Below are positions 52,766 to 61,771 of a stretch of DNA of 64,000 nt, in pieces. A program made the translations under genes and the position numbers. Source of the stretch: a virus (Duplodnaviria > Caudoviricetes); the IMG/VR virus record IMGVR_UViG_3300032007_000074, positions 7,749 through 71,748 of that record; one strand, given 5' to 3'. Position 1 is the first letter of the stretch. Each line of letters starts with the position of its first letter. A model generated the notes under the pieces. It was given only the letters and a program-made list of their open reading frames with translations, was not told the origin of the DNA and searched no databases.

Positions 52766-52888
52766 ATGGCGGACCTGTGCAAGGAGTTGGGCCTGAACCT
52801 CGAGGAGGTGATGGCCTGCGAGCCGAAGGGCATGGAGATGTGGAGCAACTACGAGGAACAGTTGGTTGCGGAGGGCCTGGGCGAGTGA
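52766..52888 (+). CDS. 40-aa acidic protein
   Basis: MADLCKELGLNLEEVMACEPKGMEMWSNYEEQLVAEGLGE. Confidence 0.5.
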   Translation: MADLCKELGLNLEEVMACEPKGMEMWSNYEEQLVAEGLGE

Positions 52889-52980
52889 TGGGCGACTGGT
52901 TGTGGATTCTTGGAGGGCTGGGCCTTTTGGCCTGGCTCTTCATTGACGCTCTTAGATGGGAGCAAGAGGACAACGAATAA
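52888..52980 (+). CDS. 30-aa single-pass membrane protein
   Basis: MGDWLWILGGLGLLAWLFIDALRWEQEDNE; TGATG overlap. Confidence 0.5.
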   Translation: MGDWLWILGGLGLLAWLFIDALRWEQEDNE

Positions 52981-52997
52981 AATTGGAGGAACGAAAA

Positions 52998-53297
52998 ATG
53001 AAAAAGCAAATTACTTATTACTACGACTCTACAAATGACGAGTACAGGTTTGCCGTTATAGAGGACGACCATGTGCACACGCATGGAGAAGTGAAGGTGC
53101 TGTGGGAATCCAAGGACCGCGTGAGCCTTGTCGGCTCTCAATGGGGCGTGGACGGGAATTTTGGAAATAAATATTCGGTTGACCCTGTCTATTGGAGATA
53201 CCAACCGCACACTGAGCTTTGTCGGGTAATGAAAGAAATCGTCAAGCTAAACCCGTCATATAGTGACGCTGATTTAATATGTATTCAGATTGATTGA
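52998..53297 (+). CDS. Hypothetical protein
   Basis: Start MKKQITYYY after GGAGGAACGAAAA. Confidence 0.6.
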   Translation: MKKQITYYYDSTNDEYRFAVIEDDHVHTHGEVKVLWESKDRVSLVGSQWGVDGNFGNKYSVDPVYWRYQPHTELCRVMKEIVKLNPSYSDADLICIQID

Positions 53298-53335
53298 GGC
53301 GTAAGGACAATAAATAAAGTAGGGAGGAACGAAAA

Positions 53336-53554
53336 ATGAAAGACTACTTCATAATGTTGAGGGCCAAAGATGAGTCTGGCTCCTTCTTTAGAGAATTTCC
53401 ACTCTTGCATTCTTACAACGAGGATGAAATCTTGGCGACATTTAAAAAGCTTCACGACTTGTTTATTCCTTTTGGATGGGAAGTTGGTAACGAAACGATA
53501 GGTTCTAAGAGCGGAACGCAAATTTATCTGAAAGTATTTGGGGACGAGGCGTAA
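53336..53554 (+). CDS. Hypothetical protein
   Basis: 72 aa flanked by the junction repeats. Confidence 0.6.
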   Translation: MKDYFIMLRAKDESGSFFREFPLLHSYNEDEILATFKKLHDLFIPFGWEVGNETIGSKSGTQIYLKVFGDEA

Positions 53555-53580
53555 GGACAACGAATAAAAAGCAAAGCAAA

Positions 53581-54018
53581 ATGTACGAGTATGTAGTAAT
53601 CAGGCGCGAGCTGCACGATAGCGCGGAGCCTGTAAAGGTGCTGACCGCAACGGACGTGGTCAATTATGTATTGAAGAACTGCCAGAGCCGCGAGGAAATG
53701 TGGAAGGAGATGGCGTGGGTACTGGTGTTGCATGGCGGGAGAATAACCGGCCACTACTGCCTCAGTGTCGGCAGCACGAAGGCGACCGGATTCGACGCGA
53801 AGGAGGTTGCGAAGGTAGCGATTGACCAGCTTGCCGATGCGGTGATCCTGGTGCATAACCACCCGAGCGGAAGTTGCCTGCCGAGTCAGGCTGACATTGC
53901 AGCTACAGATTCAGTAAGGAAGGCCCTACGCCTTTTTGACATCGACCTTCTGGACCATGTGGTTATCGGAACGGACGAACATTTCAGTTTCGCAATAGAT
54001 GAAAAAGTAAAGGACTAA
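53581..54018 (+). CDS. radC: RadC-like JAB/MPN domain protein
   Basis: E...ILVHNHPSG..PSQAD and LLDHVVIG motifs intact. Confidence 0.85.
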   Translation: MYEYVVIRRELHDSAEPVKVLTATDVVNYVLKNCQSREEMWKEMAWVLVLHGGRITGHYCLSVGSTKATGFDAKEVAKVAIDQLADAVILVHNHPSGSCLPSQADIAATDSVRKALRLFDIDLLDHVVIGTDEHFSFAIDEKVKD

Positions 54019-54022
54019 CATT

Positions 54023-55489
54023 ATGAGAACGACAAACACCATTAAGTTGCAGGGCGTGGACTACGTGCCTGTGAAAGTAGAATGTGAAATCACTCCGGGT
54101 ATCGGCATCCACCTGGTTGGACTGGCCGACGAGGCGGTGAAGTGCTCACTGCTGCGGACAGTAACGGCCATGCAGGCTTGCGGATATCGTATCCCTGGCA
54201 AGAAGATTGTTATCAACCTGGCGCCGGCCGACTTGAACAAGAGCGGTAGCGGATACGATCTGGCCATAGCACTTACGACGATTGCGGAGAGCGGGCAGGC
54301 TTCGCTGGATTTCCTAGAGAGTTTTGTAGTCCTGGGCGAGCTGGCATTGGACGGACATATCCGGGCGGTGCCGGGCGTGGTGCAGGCTGTGCAGGCGGCA
54401 AAGGACCAGGGCTACGGAGTTATCGTGCCGAGGGCGAATGCGGCAGAGGTCGAGGGACTGTTCGACGACTACAAGCCGGTGTACTATGTGGACCATCTGG
54501 ACGAGGCTATTGCAGTGGTCAATACGCTGACAGGTGCGAGGGTCCCGGGAGAGGTAGACGAGCAGCCGGCGCCCGAGGGCTGGTGGGACAGGATCACCGG
54601 TCATGTCGGAGCGAAGCGAGCCCTGGAGATTGCTGCTGCAGGCGGGCATCATGTGCTGATGATGGGTGCGCCTGGGTGTTGCAGGAGTGTATTGGCGAAG
54701 GCTGTCTTGGATATCCTGCCACCGATTACGAAAGAGGAGGAGATGGAGGTCGCGAAGGTGTACAGCGTGTCCGGTAGGTTCCGACCTGTGGGACGTAGGC
54801 CGTTCCGTGCACCTCATTGCAGCGCGAGCATGGCTGCGATGCTTGGTGGCGGAGCGGGCGAGTGTGTTCTGCCCGGAGAGGTGAGCCTTGCCAATAATGG
54901 CGTTCTGTACCTGGATGAGTACAATGAGCTGCCGAGGGCCATGAAGGATGCTCTGCGGGGACCGATGGAGGACGGCAAGGTGGTAATCAGCCGGCTGAAG
55001 AGCAAGGTTGAGTATCCGGCGCGGTTCCTCATGATTGCAGGCACGAATCCTTGCCCGTGTGGATACTACGGAGAGGGCGACCGCTGCACCTGCACGAAAG
55101 GGCCGAGGGAAGCGTATCTGGCGAAGCTGTCCGGTCCTGTGTGTGATATGCTTACCATGCAGGTATGGGTTCATCCGGAAGTCGGAGGGCTGAAAGGCGA
55201 GCCTGCTACCGTAGTTGCCGAGAGAGTGGCGAAGGCGAGGGAACTGCAGATGAAGCGACAGGGCAAGCTCAATGACGAGCTGAAGGCATCAGAGCTTCCG
55301 GAACTGGGTGAGAACAGCAAGGATATGGCAGAGACGCTTATGGAGCGCATGAGCCTGAGCGCCAGGGCATACACTCGGATGCTGAAGATCGCAAGGACGA
55401 TAGCCGACCTTGATGAATGCGAGGCAGTGCTACCGCAGCACCTGGCCGAGGCTGCAAGTTACCGTTTTTTAGATAGGAGGACAATCTAA
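54023..55489 (+). CDS. comM: ComM/YifB-family (Mg-chelatase-like) AAA+ protein with degenerate ATPase motifs
   Basis: INLAPADLNKSGSGYDLAIA, GELALDG, PGEVSLANNGVLYLDE, NPCPCGY and ARTIADL motifs; Walker A reads GAPGCCRS. Confidence 0.9.
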   Translation: MRTTNTIKLQGVDYVPVKVECEITPGIGIHLVGLADEAVKCSLLRTVTAMQACGYRIPGKKIVINLAPADLNKSGSGYDLAIALTTIAESGQASLDFLESFVVLGELALDGHIRAVPGVVQAVQAAKDQGYGVIVPRANAAEVEGLFDDYKPVYYVDHLDEAIAVVNTLTGARVPGEVDEQPAPEGWWDRITGHVGAKRALEIAAAGGHHVLMMGAPGCCRSVLAKAVLDILPPITKEEEMEVAKVYSVSGRFRPVGRRPFRAPHCSASMAAMLGGGAGECVLPGEVSLANNGVLYLDEYNELPRAMKDALRGPMEDGKVVISRLKSKVEYPARFLMIAGTNPCPCGYYGEGDRCTCTKGPREAYLAKLSGPVCDMLTMQVWVHPEVGGLKGEPATVVAERVAKARELQMKRQGKLNDELKASELPELGENSKDMAETLMERMSLSARAYTRMLKIARTIADLDECEAVLPQHLAEAASYRFLDRRTI

Positions 55490-55737
55490 TGGACAAGATG
55501 AAGGAAATCGCCGCCTATGTGCGGAACAATGTTGAGGACTACGAGGAGCGCCTGCAGTTGGCGCTCAATCGTATGGACCTGATGCGCGAGCCGTTGCGGA
55601 TGGCGGACGGTTCGCTTTATGACGAGATTGTCGACGCCATCAGCGAGTGGTGCGACGACAACGAGGTGTCGCTTGAGTTTGACGAGGACTGGGACGAGTT
55701 GATCGAAGGCGACGAAGGAATTATTTGGGAGGAATAA
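55489..55737 (+). CDS. Acidic hypothetical protein
   Basis: 82 aa. Confidence 0.6.
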   Translation: MDKMKEIAAYVRNNVEDYEERLQLALNRMDLMREPLRMADGSLYDEIVDAISEWCDDNEVSLEFDEDWDELIEGDEGIIWEE

Positions 55738-55739
55738 TT

Positions 55740-56348
55740 ATGGCACAGACAATGACGATTGAGCAGGCGAAGGCGTACCTGCTTGAACACACTTACGGAA
55801 AACTGCGTGCGCTGATTCACGACCCGTTTTATGGCACGAGGAACGCGACCATCTGCAACGGACGGAGTTCGGTGATGGTCTTGAGTCCTCGTAGCCGGAC
55901 GCGAGGATATAACCTGCAGTGGAACTGGGTGATGCAGGTGTTCGCACCGACCGAGCAGAAGAACCCGACGCTTAAGTTCATAAAGGAAGCCAAGAAAGCA
56001 GACTTTTCGAACAGCTTCATCGGGAAGTGTCTGACTTCGGATCCAGAGAAGGGGCCGTGTCAGAACGGACTGACAACCGGGACGAGCATTGACGGGAAAT
56101 GCATCACGGTGAAGGCCCTGGAGGACGAGTTCCCATACACGATGAAGGCATTTTGGGAGGCTTTCAATGAGGGTCGCGATTTCCATAGTCACAGGAAGCG
56201 CTGGCGTGGCTACGACATGAGCGTCTGGGTAAGCAATGTAAACGGCGACATCTGCGCCGGCCTAAACATGGAGTATCTGAACTGCGGTAACGGATACTAC
56301 TACATGCTTATCAACCGCGAGAAGTTTATCGGGATAGACATTGACTGA
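55740..56348 (+). CDS. Hypothetical protein
   Basis: Start MAQTMT; 202 aa. Confidence 0.65.
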   Translation: MAQTMTIEQAKAYLLEHTYGKLRALIHDPFYGTRNATICNGRSSVMVLSPRSRTRGYNLQWNWVMQVFAPTEQKNPTLKFIKEAKKADFSNSFIGKCLTSDPEKGPCQNGLTTGTSIDGKCITVKALEDEFPYTMKAFWEAFNEGRDFHSHRKRWRGYDMSVWVSNVNGDICAGLNMEYLNCGNGYYYMLINREKFIGIDID

Positions 56349-56350
56349 TC

Positions 56351-56512
56351 ATGAAAGTCGCAGTATTAGACTACAGCTCGGGATGCGTTGACATCTTCGA
56401 GGTGCCGAAAGGCGAGCACATCGAGTGGTACCTGACCGAAGAGAAAGGGTACAGGATGGATGACATCTTCTATATGGAAGTAAAGTGTATTAACATTAAC
56501 ATAGGAGTGTAA
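56351..56512 (+). CDS. 53-aa hypothetical protein (not in ORF track)
   Basis: MKVAVLDYSSGCVDIFEVPKGEHIEWYLTEEKGY... Confidence 0.55.
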   Translation: MKVAVLDYSSGCVDIFEVPKGEHIEWYLTEEKGYRMDDIFYMEVKCININIGV

Positions 56513-56516
56513 AGAA

Positions 56517-56867
56517 ATGTTTGAATTACCCAACAACAGCAAGCCTCAGGTGAGGCCGGAGGTGGTTAATAGACTTGTGGCCGCCATGTTCACGAAAGGA
56601 CACCTTGATTACTGCGACACCCATGTGTCAATGGATGGTAAGCCCGGGTTTACCGGATACCATGACTACCATGACCCGAAGGACACAAGGAAGTTTAAGG
56701 AGTTCACGATGGATGAGCGCAAGGCAGCGTTTGACGAGTTCAGGAAGAAGGGATACCATATTGCCAAGGAGGAATGGTACGGAGCGAGGTGTCAGACGCT
56801 TTGGTGCTACATCGTCAAGGAAACGAAAGACACGCCGGAAGACAGACAGTTTCACTACATATTCTAA
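56517..56867 (+). CDS. Hypothetical protein
   Basis: 116 aa. Confidence 0.6.
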   Translation: MFELPNNSKPQVRPEVVNRLVAAMFTKGHLDYCDTHVSMDGKPGFTGYHDYHDPKDTRKFKEFTMDERKAAFDEFRKKGYHIAKEEWYGARCQTLWCYIVKETKDTPEDRQFHYIF

Positions 56868-56873
56868 CAAGTT

Positions 56874-57164
56874 ATGGATAAAATGAGTTTCAGAGAGGCG
56901 CAGCTTGCTGTGCTGGGCGCCGACCGGATCCGCAGGACCAACAAAGTAATACCGGAGGGTATGCAGATTATCCCGATAGGAGACATGATTGAAATTGTTG
57001 AAATCTGCTTGGACAAGCCATTCGTGGTTGTTAGGATGGGCGATGGCGGTCCGGAAAGTTACTGCCCGATAGACAAGTTTTCGGAGTCAGTGCAGGACGA
57101 ATGCATCGACCTCCTGCGCGAGGTGGCATTCAATATAGACCAAGAGTTTGCAAAGGAGGACTAA
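56874..57164 (+). CDS. Hypothetical protein
   Basis: 96 aa. Confidence 0.6.
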   Translation: MDKMSFREAQLAVLGADRIRRTNKVIPEGMQIIPIGDMIEIVEICLDKPFVVVRMGDGGPESYCPIDKFSESVQDECIDLLREVAFNIDQEFAKED

Positions 57165-57166
57165 CC

Positions 57167-57418
57167 ATGAAAGGACAGAAAGTTTACACCGTGACCGAGG
57201 AGTCTGCGGTGGAAGGGATGCACGACATTGACGTGCGAGTTTATGCTGAGCGCAAAGACGCTCTGAAAAGATGGAAAGAGCGCGTGCAGGCATGGAGGTG
57301 CAACCTAGGCAACTGGATTGAGTCGGAAGAGCGCGAGGGTTCGTACGAAGCCTGGCACGATGGCTACTACGACGAGGACCATGTGACCATTTATCTGGAT
57401 GAAAAGGAGGTGGAGTAA
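57167..57418 (+). CDS. Hypothetical protein
   Basis: Start MKGQKVY. Confidence 0.6.
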   Translation: MKGQKVYTVTEESAVEGMHDIDVRVYAERKDALKRWKERVQAWRCNLGNWIESEEREGSYEAWHDGYYDEDHVTIYLDEKEVE

Positions 57419-57603
57419 TGAAACGCCTACAACTCAGAACCGTTCACACATGTATGGGCGAGTTCGTAATCTGCCAGGCCGGTCACGACTTATGGGCCGA
57501 GCCGATGCCGAACAGAGACGAGGTCTATCCGCTGCCTATGCCGGATATGACCAATGATGAAATCAAGGATTATTTCAGAATACTTAAAGAAGAGGAGGAT
57601 TAG
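57418..57603 (+). CDS. Hypothetical protein
   Basis: 61 aa, TAATG overlap. Confidence 0.55.
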   Translation: MKRLQLRTVHTCMGEFVICQAGHDLWAEPMPNRDEVYPLPMPDMTNDEIKDYFRILKEEED

Positions 57604-57605
57604 CC

Positions 57606-57797
57606 ATGGACGAACTTTCACGCTTTGCCCAGGATTTGTACGATGTCCTCGGCATGAACACAAATCACTGCACTCAGCAGCGGTTCTTCGACCAATACGT
57701 CATGGATGACAACGCGTTCATGATATCAGACGAAGGACAAAACAAACAGGTCATCTACTTCGATGACTATACAATAACCATCAAAAGAAACAAGTAA
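57606..57797 (+). CDS. Hypothetical protein
   Basis: 63 aa. Confidence 0.55.
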   Translation: MDELSRFAQDLYDVLGMNTNHCTQQRFFDQYVMDDNAFMISDEGQNKQVIYFDDYTITIKRNK

Positions 57798-57798
57798 C

Positions 57799-58527
57799 AT
57801 GGCATCACACGCAGCACTTAAAGGCGTACACATCTATGCCGAATTCAAGGACGAGACCATCATCGCGAGAGTGAAGAAGATGGTGGAGATGGCCGGCAAG
57901 GTGGATGTGTCAAATGAGCACATCCGCATCAGTTACGGAAACAGAAAGACGACCGCGATGGTCCCGAGCGTTTCGCTGATTCCTATCCACGATTGCGGGA
58001 ACTGCAAGGCGTGCAAGAACGGATGCTATGACATCCGCAATGTATGCTGCTACAAAGGTAGTCAGCAGCAGCGGGCGGTCAACAGCGCGATTCTCAAGCA
58101 GGACCGCGAACGCTTCTTCAAAGAGGTTGAGCTGCATGTCCAGTTCCACCGTTGGTTCCGCTGGTTCATCGGCGGAGACATCAAGGACTTCGACTTCTTT
58201 GGACGGGTTGTCGGCATCGCGGTGAGGACTCCTGGTTGTCAGTTCCTCTTGTTCACGAAGATGTTCGATGTGGTCAATGAGTGGCTGGATAATGTAGGCG
58301 AGCTTCCCGAGAACCTCCATGTGATCTTCTCCGATTGGCGTGGCCAGGACATGGACAACCCGCACAACATGCCAGTGAGCAGTCCGCTCTGGAAGGACGG
58401 GACGAAGGGGCCGCACTGCACCGAGAAGCAGTTCATGTGCCCTGGCAACTGCAGCGAATGCGCGATTGTCGGGTGCGGGTGCTGGAATGCGAAGAAAGGT
58501 GACACGATCTTGTTTGAAGCACACTGA
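57799..58527 (+). CDS. Gp88-like Cys-cluster (radical-SAM-related) phage protein
   Basis: CGNCKACKNGCY, FRWFIGGD, FLLFTK, NLHVIFS and CPGNCSEC motifs. Confidence 0.6.
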   Translation: MASHAALKGVHIYAEFKDETIIARVKKMVEMAGKVDVSNEHIRISYGNRKTTAMVPSVSLIPIHDCGNCKACKNGCYDIRNVCCYKGSQQQRAVNSAILKQDRERFFKEVELHVQFHRWFRWFIGGDIKDFDFFGRVVGIAVRTPGCQFLLFTKMFDVVNEWLDNVGELPENLHVIFSDWRGQDMDNPHNMPVSSPLWKDGTKGPHCTEKQFMCPGNCSECAIVGCGCWNAKKGDTILFEAH

Positions 58528-58528
58528 T

Positions 58529-58828
58529 ATGGAAGCAACAATCATCATCACGGAATGCACGAACCCGTACGGAAAGTATTGGGAGTTCAGGGAAAAGGAG
58601 TCAGGCCAGGTCCTGGCAGAGGTAGACAAGAAGAAGGAGAAAGAGTTTGGTCCAGGACCGCTCTACTTTGTCTATACACCGAGATGCGGCATGTCATATG
58701 AGACCGCCCGCCACTCCAAGAAGGATGTGGCGATTGAGTTCGCAAAGCAGTCCATCCGCGAACAGTTCTCCGGCGTGGACATCAAGTTCAAGATGAACGT
58801 AATTGTAAGACACTATAAATGGAGCTAG
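58529..58828 (+). CDS. Hypothetical protein
   Basis: Start MEATIII; 99 aa. Confidence 0.6.
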   Translation: MEATIIITECTNPYGKYWEFREKESGQVLAEVDKKKEKEFGPGPLYFVYTPRCGMSYETARHSKKDVAIEFAKQSIREQFSGVDIKFKMNVIVRHYKWS

Positions 58829-58917
58829 CAATGACAGCAAGAGAGAAATTTGAAGCCCGGCTCAAGGAGTTGGGGCTTGGCATAGAACTTGCAGTAAACT
58901 TACTAAACTTTTAAGAT

Positions 58918-59193
58918 ATGAACAAGGAAAGACGAAAGCAACTGGCGGAGGCCGTGTCTGTGCTGAATGCCGCACAGCAGAAACTCGATTACGCGAAGGA
59001 AATCATCGACGGAGTGCATGACGATGAAGAAGATGCTATGGATGCGCTTCCGGACGGGATCCGGGACGGAGAGCGTGGCGAGGCGATGCAGGAGAACATT
59101 GACGAACTCGAGAATGTATCGTACGAGCTCGAGACGCTGTCGGACAGCGTCCAGGAGCAGATTGACGCGGTGCAGGAGGTCATCGACCGATGA
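58918..59193 (+). CDS. Acidic coiled-coil protein
   Basis: 91 aa, heptad pattern. Confidence 0.65.
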   Translation: MNKERRKQLAEAVSVLNAAQQKLDYAKEIIDGVHDDEEDAMDALPDGIRDGERGEAMQENIDELENVSYELETLSDSVQEQIDAVQEVIDR

Positions 59194-59333
59194 GCGCAGT
59201 GCTGACTTACGAAGGCTACGCCCTCTACGAATGGGGGCGTGGCTGGAAATCCGAAATCAACGGCGAGTGGGTCAAGTTCGACACCGCCGGCCAGTGGGTA
59301 CAATACATTAACCAAATAATCAAAAAGAAATGA
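59190..59333 (+). CDS. 47-aa hypothetical protein
   Basis: MSAVLTYEGYALYEWGRGWKSEINGEWVKFDTAGQWVQYINQIIKKK; ATGA overlaps at both ends. Confidence 0.5.
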   Translation: MSAVLTYEGYALYEWGRGWKSEINGEWVKFDTAGQWVQYINQIIKKK

Positions 59334-59557
59334 GAAACTTAAGAAAAGTAATCGCTATTCACGAGATCACCGGCGAGCGCAGGGAGTTTGCGAGCGCCTA
59401 CGAGGCTGCTACCGTCCTGGGCTGCACGAGGCAGGGTGCGCTTCACGCTCTTGAGTGCCTGCAGGCCGTCAAGGGTTGGAAACTCTATGACACTCCGGAA
59501 AAGTACCGGGAGCGTATCAAGGAATTCGAAGGAATCATCAAAATGTTGGAGGGATAA
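59330..59557 (+). CDS. NUMOD1-like DNA-binding protein
   Basis: REFASAYEAATVLG...VKGWKL. Confidence 0.6.
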   Translation: MRNLRKVIAIHEITGERREFASAYEAATVLGCTRQGALHALECLQAVKGWKLYDTPEKYRERIKEFEGIIKMLEG

Positions 59558-59559
59558 AA

Positions 59560-59865
59560 ATGAAAACGAAAGAACAGCTGGTGAGTCTCGGTCTCACCGA
59601 AATCAAGGCCGACGAGGTTATGCTGCTTGAGAGCAAGATGCTGGAGCAGGCGGTTAAGTTTCAGTTCAGAAAGAAGTCGGGTGAGGTGAGGGATGCAGTG
59701 GGGACTCGCAACCTTGAGATGATGATCCAGGAAGACGGCAAGCGGTATGAGTTCAAGACCGCAGGCAAGCCGGAGTGCCCGACCACGCTTGGTTACTGGG
59801 ACCTCGAGAAGAAGGCATGGCGCAGCTTCGTGCTGACGTCGTTCATCGGGCTTGTAAAAGCGTAA
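59560..59865 (+). CDS. WYL_2/DUF2693 SH3-barrel protein
   Basis: VKFQFRKKSGEVRDAVGTRN...YWDLEKKAWRSF. Confidence 0.75.
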   Translation: MKTKEQLVSLGLTEIKADEVMLLESKMLEQAVKFQFRKKSGEVRDAVGTRNLEMMIQEDGKRYEFKTAGKPECPTTLGYWDLEKKAWRSFVLTSFIGLVKA

Positions 59866-59946
59866 AGATATGAAACTTTCAGAGCTCACTTACGAGGTAT
59901 CAACCGCAAAGGTTACAATAGTCAAATCTCAAAAGAGTAAATAGTT

Positions 59947-60411
59947 ATGCAGAAGAATAGTGCTATCGAGGTGGCATACAACCACAAAATAAAAGAGGCT
60001 GTGGATATGTTCTACAGCCTGACTCTCAACAGAACGCTCAATTTTGGCATAAGACGATTCCGACACTCCAACATTATGATGGACACGGGGCTCGCTCTTC
60101 TTGATATGGGTATTATCGTAAACCTGGGAAACCCTTCTCATCCTAAATACCAATGGGTAGACCGCAGTATTTCCCCAGATGATGACTTATATATCAAGGT
60201 AAGAACTCGTATCACTGAAAGAACTCGCGAAGAACATAGGTTCGAACCTTTTGTCTTCCCATTTGAGAAAACACAAGAGACGCAGACTCCCTCTATTTCG
60301 GCTCCAGCCTCCGAGTCAAATCTTTCATCCGTTTCCGATGCAGAACTTTGGGCAGAACTCAAGATGCGCGGATATTATATTGAAAACAACAAACTCATAA
60401 AAGCTCTATAG
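59947..60411 (+). CDS. Hypothetical protein
   Basis: 154 aa, lower GC. Confidence 0.55.
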   Translation: MQKNSAIEVAYNHKIKEAVDMFYSLTLNRTLNFGIRRFRHSNIMMDTGLALLDMGIIVNLGNPSHPKYQWVDRSISPDDDLYIKVRTRITERTREEHRFEPFVFPFEKTQETQTPSISAPASESNLSSVSDAELWAELKMRGYYIENNKLIKAL

Positions 60412-60413
60412 AT

Positions 60414-60671
60414 ATGTACTTCAAACTAATAGACAAAAACCGCACGGACGGCTTCATTGACATCTTCAAGGCTTCAAGAGGGAGCCAGGTTATGTTCTAC
60501 AAAATAGAGGACATCGTCGGGATGAAACCGCATCCTCTAACCGATGTTCCATACGCTCTGGAACTTGACGGTTGGGCAGATGACGACGCTTTCCCCGGAG
60601 ATATTTACGAGACAGAGGACTTCGTGGTCGAATGTCTTTCCGAAGAAGAATATTTAGAATATCAATATTAA
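60414..60671 (+). CDS. Hypothetical protein
   Basis: 85 aa. Confidence 0.6.
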   Translation: MYFKLIDKNRTDGFIDIFKASRGSQVMFYKIEDIVGMKPHPLTDVPYALELDGWADDDAFPGDIYETEDFVVECLSEEEYLEYQY

Positions 60672-60674
60672 GCC

Positions 60675-61097
60675 ATGGAACTTTCATACGAAAAGCTCTT
60701 GCCGGTGCTTCAATATTTCTTGATCCTTCATGAGGCAGAAGCGGTGAATAATATGCTTACGGACGAAGAGTACACCGCAGATGATATTCTCGAATACATT
60801 GACTGGTGCCGGAAGCGCTATGAGTTCGGCGAAGACACCGAGTTCGGTTCTTGGCTCGAGGACCGCAAGCGCAGGGTCCACATTGAGATTCTCGTAACTG
60901 AATGCGGAACGCCGATCCACGAGGAGCTGGATTTCCCGAAGCGAGACGAGGATATGGAGCACGGAACGGAGTACGAGTGGTACTACTCCCTTCGTGAAGT
61001 AACTGACCAGATTATGGCTCTTCCGGTAGGAGGTTCCATGAACTTCAAAATCCGGGACAACAAAGATTCTCACGGAGTTATCATCCGCACGGCATAG
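60675..61097 (+). CDS. Hypothetical protein
   Basis: 140 aa, acidic. Confidence 0.6.
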   Translation: MELSYEKLLPVLQYFLILHEAEAVNNMLTDEEYTADDILEYIDWCRKRYEFGEDTEFGSWLEDRKRRVHIEILVTECGTPIHEELDFPKRDEDMEHGTEYEWYYSLREVTDQIMALPVGGSMNFKIRDNKDSHGVIIRTA

Positions 61098-61138
61098 TTC
61101 TTGCAAGTAAACACAAAAACACTTAACTTTACACTCAT

Positions 61139-61399
61139 ATGACTAACACGATGATTGACCTTCTCAAGAAGGCGCACGAAGTCCAGATTAAGGTCGCAGA
61201 GCTCAATGACGGCCACAGCATCCATATCGATCACAGCAGCCACGAGAACCTTTACGGTGGCGGACACTATATGTCCTTCGATGTAACACTCTTCGAGGAC
61301 AACAGTCTCGAGAAGTCCTGGACATTTGACTCGCTTGACAGCGAATACGAACTTAATCATATCTATGAGGACATGATGTTCCATATTAACAGACTGTAG
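61139..61399 (+). CDS. Hypothetical protein
   Basis: 86 aa. Confidence 0.6.
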   Translation: MTNTMIDLLKKAHEVQIKVAELNDGHSIHIDHSSHENLYGGGHYMSFDVTLFEDNSLEKSWTFDSLDSEYELNHIYEDMMFHINRL

Positions 61400-61401
61400 C
61401 C

Positions 61402-61635
61402 ATGTACACCATCAACTATGTCGAGGACGGTCGGGTTATTACCGCCATCGGAGCGCCGGTAAGGACGATTGTAGAATGCCAGGCTCAGATTAACAAGCTT
61501 ACAGAGAAGACCGACAGGGATCCGCTCAACTCTATTATTGGCTGCAGGTGGGACCGCAACGGCGTGACATGCATTTTGTATGTCGTAGATGATTTCGGAC
61601 TTCCGATTTCAACTAAAGAGCAGGAGGACGCGTAA
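61402..61635 (+). CDS. Hypothetical protein
   Basis: 77 aa. Confidence 0.55.
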   Translation: MYTINYVEDGRVITAIGAPVRTIVECQAQINKLTEKTDRDPLNSIIGCRWDRNGVTCILYVVDDFGLPISTKEQEDA

Positions 61636-61771
61636 TGTTCGTAATCGTCTACATTCTCTGCGCCCTGGCTTTCATTCCAGAGGTGTTTAACGAAAAAAGA
61701 TAAGGATATGTTTCTACTGATTATGTTGGCCGCATATCTTGACGACATGCTCGCCAGACGAGACTAATACA

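Larger units (their letters stand above)
52967..53568 (+). repeat. Repeated intergenic junction (GAGGCGTA)AGGACAAYRAATAAA, with GGAGGAACGAAAAATG
   Basis: Copies at 52967, 53296 and 53546; GGAGGAACGAAAAATG at 52985 and 53323. Confidence 0.75.

Noticed and set aside
52967-53568. CRISPR array or integron attC sites
   Set aside because: The repeats are separated by whole 220-300-nt genes and are not palindromic. No CRISPR array was seen anywhere in the window.
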